Origin: Mycolicibacterium smegmatis
GTDB lineage: Bacteria; Actinomycetota; Actinomycetes; Mycobacteriales; Mycobacteriaceae
NCBI RefSeq assembly: GCF_001457595.1
Contig: NZ_LN831039.1
Span: forward strand, 6,540,001-6,572,000
Length of the DNA: 32,000 bases
Direction: 5' to 3'
The notes under the pieces were generated by a model. That model was not told where the DNA came from and made no database searches. It saw only the letters and a list, made by a program, of their open reading frames with translations. The position numbers and the translations under genes were made by a program. Shown piece by piece: positions 29,547-32,000 of this stretch; positions within the stretch are counted from its first letter, which is position 1, and each line of letters opens with the position of its first letter.

Positions 29547-30098
29547 ATGCGTGCACTGATTGTCGTCGACGTCCAGAACGATTTCTGTGAGGGCGGTTCG
29601 CTGGCGGTCACCGGTGGTGCGGAAGTGGCCCGCGGGATCACCGAACTGCTGGCCGGTGATCATGGTTACGACCATGTGGTCGCCACGATGGATTTCCACA
29701 TCGACCCGGGTGAGCACTTCTCGGACACGCCCGACTACCGGGTGTCGTGGCCGCGCCACTGCGTGGCCGACACCCAGGGCGCCGAGTTCCATCCGGAGTT
29801 CGATGCAGGTGCGGTGGAGGTGGTGTTCCGCAAGGGCCACTACTCGGCGGCCTACAGCGGCTTCGAGGGCACCGACGAATCGGGGACGACGCTGGCCGAC
29901 TGGCTGCGTGAGCGGGATGTCGACGCGGTCGACGTCGTCGGCATCGCCACCGACTACTGCGTGGCCGCCACGGCCGCCGACGCCGTCGACGCGGGTTTCG
30001 CCACCCGCGTGCTGACGCGTCTGACGGCCGGGGTCGCGCCCGAGAGCACGACGGCGGCGGTCGACCAATTGCGTTCTGCCGGAGTGACGATCAGCTGA
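29547..30098 (+). CDS. pncA: Nicotinamidase / pyrazinamidase
   Basis: MRALIVVDVQNDFCEGGSLAVTGG..ATMDFHIDPGEHFS..WPRHCV..AYSGFEG..VDVVGIATDYCV is close to M. tuberculosis PncA as I recall it, including catalytic Asp8 / Lys / Cys138 equivalents and the metal-binding D-x-H..H. The ATG at 29547 lies inside the longer track ORF 29001..30098. Confidence 0.93.
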   Translation: MRALIVVDVQNDFCEGGSLAVTGGAEVARGITELLAGDHGYDHVVATMDFHIDPGEHFSDTPDYRVSWPRHCVADTQGAEFHPEFDAGAVEVVFRKGHYSAAYSGFEGTDESGTTLADWLRERDVDAVDVVGIATDYCVAATAADAVDAGFATRVLTRLTAGVAPESTTAAVDQLRSAGVTIS

Positions 30099-30267
30099 CC
30101 CGCGGGTGATGATTGCAACACCAGCAATAGGTTTAACCTGCGGAAATCGTTGATCCGCCAGCTCACCGGCGGCCGATGCGTACCGTGGCGCGCCCACCCG
30201 GGTCCGGCGGACGACGACCCGTCGTCATTGTCCGACGCACTCACGCCGATCACCGTAAGGTCGAATC

Positions 30268-32000
30268 GTGGACCCAAGAGTTACCGAAACCGGTTTGGAG
30301 ATCTGGCGAGGCAAGGCATACCCGTTGGGCGCCACCTACGACGGCTCGGGCACCAACTTCGCGTTGTTCAGCGAGGTCGCCGAGCGCGTCGAGTTGTGCC
30401 TGTTCGACGACGACGGCGACGGCGGCCTGCGCGAAACCCGCATCACGCTGCCCGAGGTCGACGGCTTCGTGTGGCACGGCTTCATCCCCAACATCGAACC
30501 GGGCCAGCGCTACGGCTACCGCGTACACGGGCCGTACGATCCGGCCGCGGGCCACCGGTGCAATCCCAACAAGCTGGTACTGGACCCGTACGCCAAGGCC
30601 ATCGACGGTCAGTTCGACTGGGGTCAGCCGCTGTTCTCGTACAACTTCGGCGACCCGGACAGCTGCAACGACGACGATTCGGCGCCCAACATGCCGAAGT
30701 CCGTGGTGATCAACCCGTACTTCGACTGGGGCGTGGACCGTCCGCCGAGCCACGACTACGCCGACACCGTGATCTACGAGGCCCACGTCAAGGGCCTGAC
30801 CCAGACGCATCCCGACATCCCGGACAACATCCGTGGCACGTACGCCGCGGTCGCGCACCCGGCCATCGTCGAACATCTGCAGAACCTGGGGATCAACGCG
30901 ATCGAGTTGATGCCGGTGCACCACTTCGCCAACGATTCGACGCTCATCGACAAGGGTCTGTCGAACTACTGGGGCTACAACACGATCGGATTCCTCGCGC
31001 CGGATTCGAAGTACAGCTCGAGCCCCAACCCGGGCGGGCAGGTGCAGGAATTCAAGGCGATGGTCCGCACGCTGCACGAGGCAGGCATCGAGGTGATCCT
31101 CGACGTGGTCTACAACCACACCGCCGAAGGCAACCACATGGGCCCGACGCTGTCCTTCCGCGGCATCGACAACGCGGCGTACTACCGCCTCGTCGACGAC
31201 GACAAGCGGTACTACATGGACTACACCGGCACGGGCAACAGCCTCAACGTCGGTCATCCGCACGCGTTGCAGCTGATCATGGATTCGTTGCGCTACTGGG
31301 TGATCGAGATGCACGTCGACGGTTTCCGCTTCGACCTGGCCTCGACGCTGGCCCGTGAGTTCTACGACGTCGACCGCCTGGCGACGTTCTTCGAACTGGT
31401 GCAACAGGATCCGGTGGTCAGCCAGGTCAAGCTGATCGCCGAGCCGTGGGACGTCGGCCCGGGCGGATACCAGGTGGGCAACTTCCCGCCGCTGTGGACC
31501 GAGTGGAACGGCAAGTACCGCGACACCGTGCGCGACTACTGGCGCGGCGAGCCGGCAACGCTCGACGAGTTCGCCTCCCGGATCACCGGTTCGGCCGATC
31601 TGTACGAGCAGACCGGCAGGCGCCCGTTCGCGTCGATCAACTTCGTCATCGCCCACGACGGCTTCACGCTGCGGGACCTGGTGTCCTACAACGAGAAACA
31701 CAACGAGGCCAACGGCGAGGACAACAACGACGGCGAGAGCCACAACCGGTCGTGGAACTGCGGAGCCGAGGGTCCGACCGATGATCCGGAGGTCAACGCC
31801 CTGCGGTCGCGTCAGCAACGCAACTTCATCACGACTCTTCTGCTCTCCCAAGGTGTTCCGATGCTCGCCCACGGCGACGAACTCGGCCGTACGCAGCAGG
31901 GCAACAACAACGTCTACTGCCAGGACAGTGAGCTGTCCTGGATCGACTGGGAGAGCGCGGACACCGAACTGCTGGAGTTCACGCAGAAGGTGTCGGCACT
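30268..32000 (+). CDS. glgX: Glycogen debranching enzyme (GH13), 5' portion; the gene continues past the right window edge
   Basis: Translation from GTG 30268 reads [48 protein letters not shown].. The GH13 blocks follow: [26 protein letters not shown] and [17 protein letters not shown]. The ORF is absent from the track because it has no stop in the window. ORF 30250..31872 (-) is its antisense shadow. Confidence 0.93.
   Translation, partial: MDPRVTETGLEIWRGKAYPLGATYDGSGTNFALFSEVAERVELCLFDDDGDGGLRETRITLPEVDGFVWHGFIPNIEPGQRYGYRVHGPYDPAAGHRCNPNKLVLDPYAKAIDGQFDWGQPLFSYNFGDPDSCNDDDSAPNMPKSVVINPYFDWGVDRPPSHDYADTVIYEAHVKGLTQTHPDIPDNIRGTYAAVAHPAIVEHLQNLGINAIELMPVHHFANDSTLIDKGLSNYWGYNTIGFLAPDSKYSSSPNPGGQVQEFKAMVRTLHEAGIEVILDVVYNHTAEGNHMGPTLSFRGIDNAAYYRLVDDDKRYYMDYTGTGNSLNVGHPHALQLIMDSLRYWVIEMHVDGFRFDLASTLAREFYDVDRLATFFELVQQDPVVSQVKLIAEPWDVGPGGYQVGNFPPLWTEWNGKYRDTVRDYWRGEPATLDEFASRITGSADLYEQTGRRPFASINFVIAHDGFTLRDLVSYNEKHNEANGEDNNDGESHNRSWNCGAEGPTDDPEVNALRSRQQRNFITTLLLSQGVPMLAHGDELGRTQQGNNNVYCQDSELSWIDWESADTELLEFTQKVSA

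Noticed and set aside
30099-30267. pncA-glgX intergenic motifs: ACCCGCGGGT palindrome, hairpin gacgacg-acc-cgtcgtc, and GGTTT / GGAAA strings
   Set aside because: The elements are short and GC-rich at chance level for this genome. The spacing does not fit SigF (GGTTT-N15-17-GGGTAT) or the GGAAT-N18-GTT motif. This is probably just a weak terminator and promoter region.
30250-31872. 540-aa minus-strand ORF and the 402-aa plus-strand ORF 30150..31358
   Set aside because: One is antisense and the other out-of-frame relative to glgX. The glgX frame starting at GTG 30268 carries all the GH13 catalytic blocks.

Overview
High-GC (roughly two-thirds G+C by eye) actinobacterial chromosome segment. 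The Dps, PncA and GltB sequences look like Mycolicibacterium (Mycobacterium) smegmatis or a very close relative; this is from recall, not from a search. I call 34 protein-coding genes and see no rRNA, tRNA, CRISPR array or mobile element. Two real genes are missing from the ORF track because they run off the window: gltB (minus strand, 1..3764) and glgX (plus strand, 30268..32000). Most long ORFs in the track rich in Arg, Gly, Pro and Ala are antisense or out-of-frame shadows typical of high-GC DNA. Recognisable genes: a hotdog thioesterase, a ClC channel, aqpZ, dps, an AlkA-like glycosylase, DUF427 proteins, an FAD oxidoreductase, methyltransferases, an SDR, a SnoaL-like protein, msrA, a P450, three TetR regulators, a PPOX/F420-type protein, a nitroreductase and pncA. 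Four things deserve a second look. (1) A TetR gene and a GT4 / methyltransferase / QW-repeat prenyltransferase-like operon, which converges on a second methyltransferase gene, have near-identical promoters. Both read TTGC..-N17-TA..GT followed 2 nt later by GGACA-N2-TGTCC, which suggests one repressor controls a pathway of unknown product. (2) Three small signal-peptide genes share a promoter module: TGCCAC-type hexamers 21 bp apart, then GGAAT-N18-GTT, an ECF-sigma architecture. Two of these genes are a duplicated promoter-gene-terminator cassette bracketing the FAD oxidoreductase gene. (3) Four translationally coupled genes (24372..28172) encode two large polytopic membrane proteins, a one-helix protein and a His-rich cupredoxin-like lipoprotein, with no assignable function. 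(4) A 3 x 14 bp tandem repeat sits in the dps promoter region. All regulatory calls are sequence-pattern inferences and need experimental or comparative confirmation.
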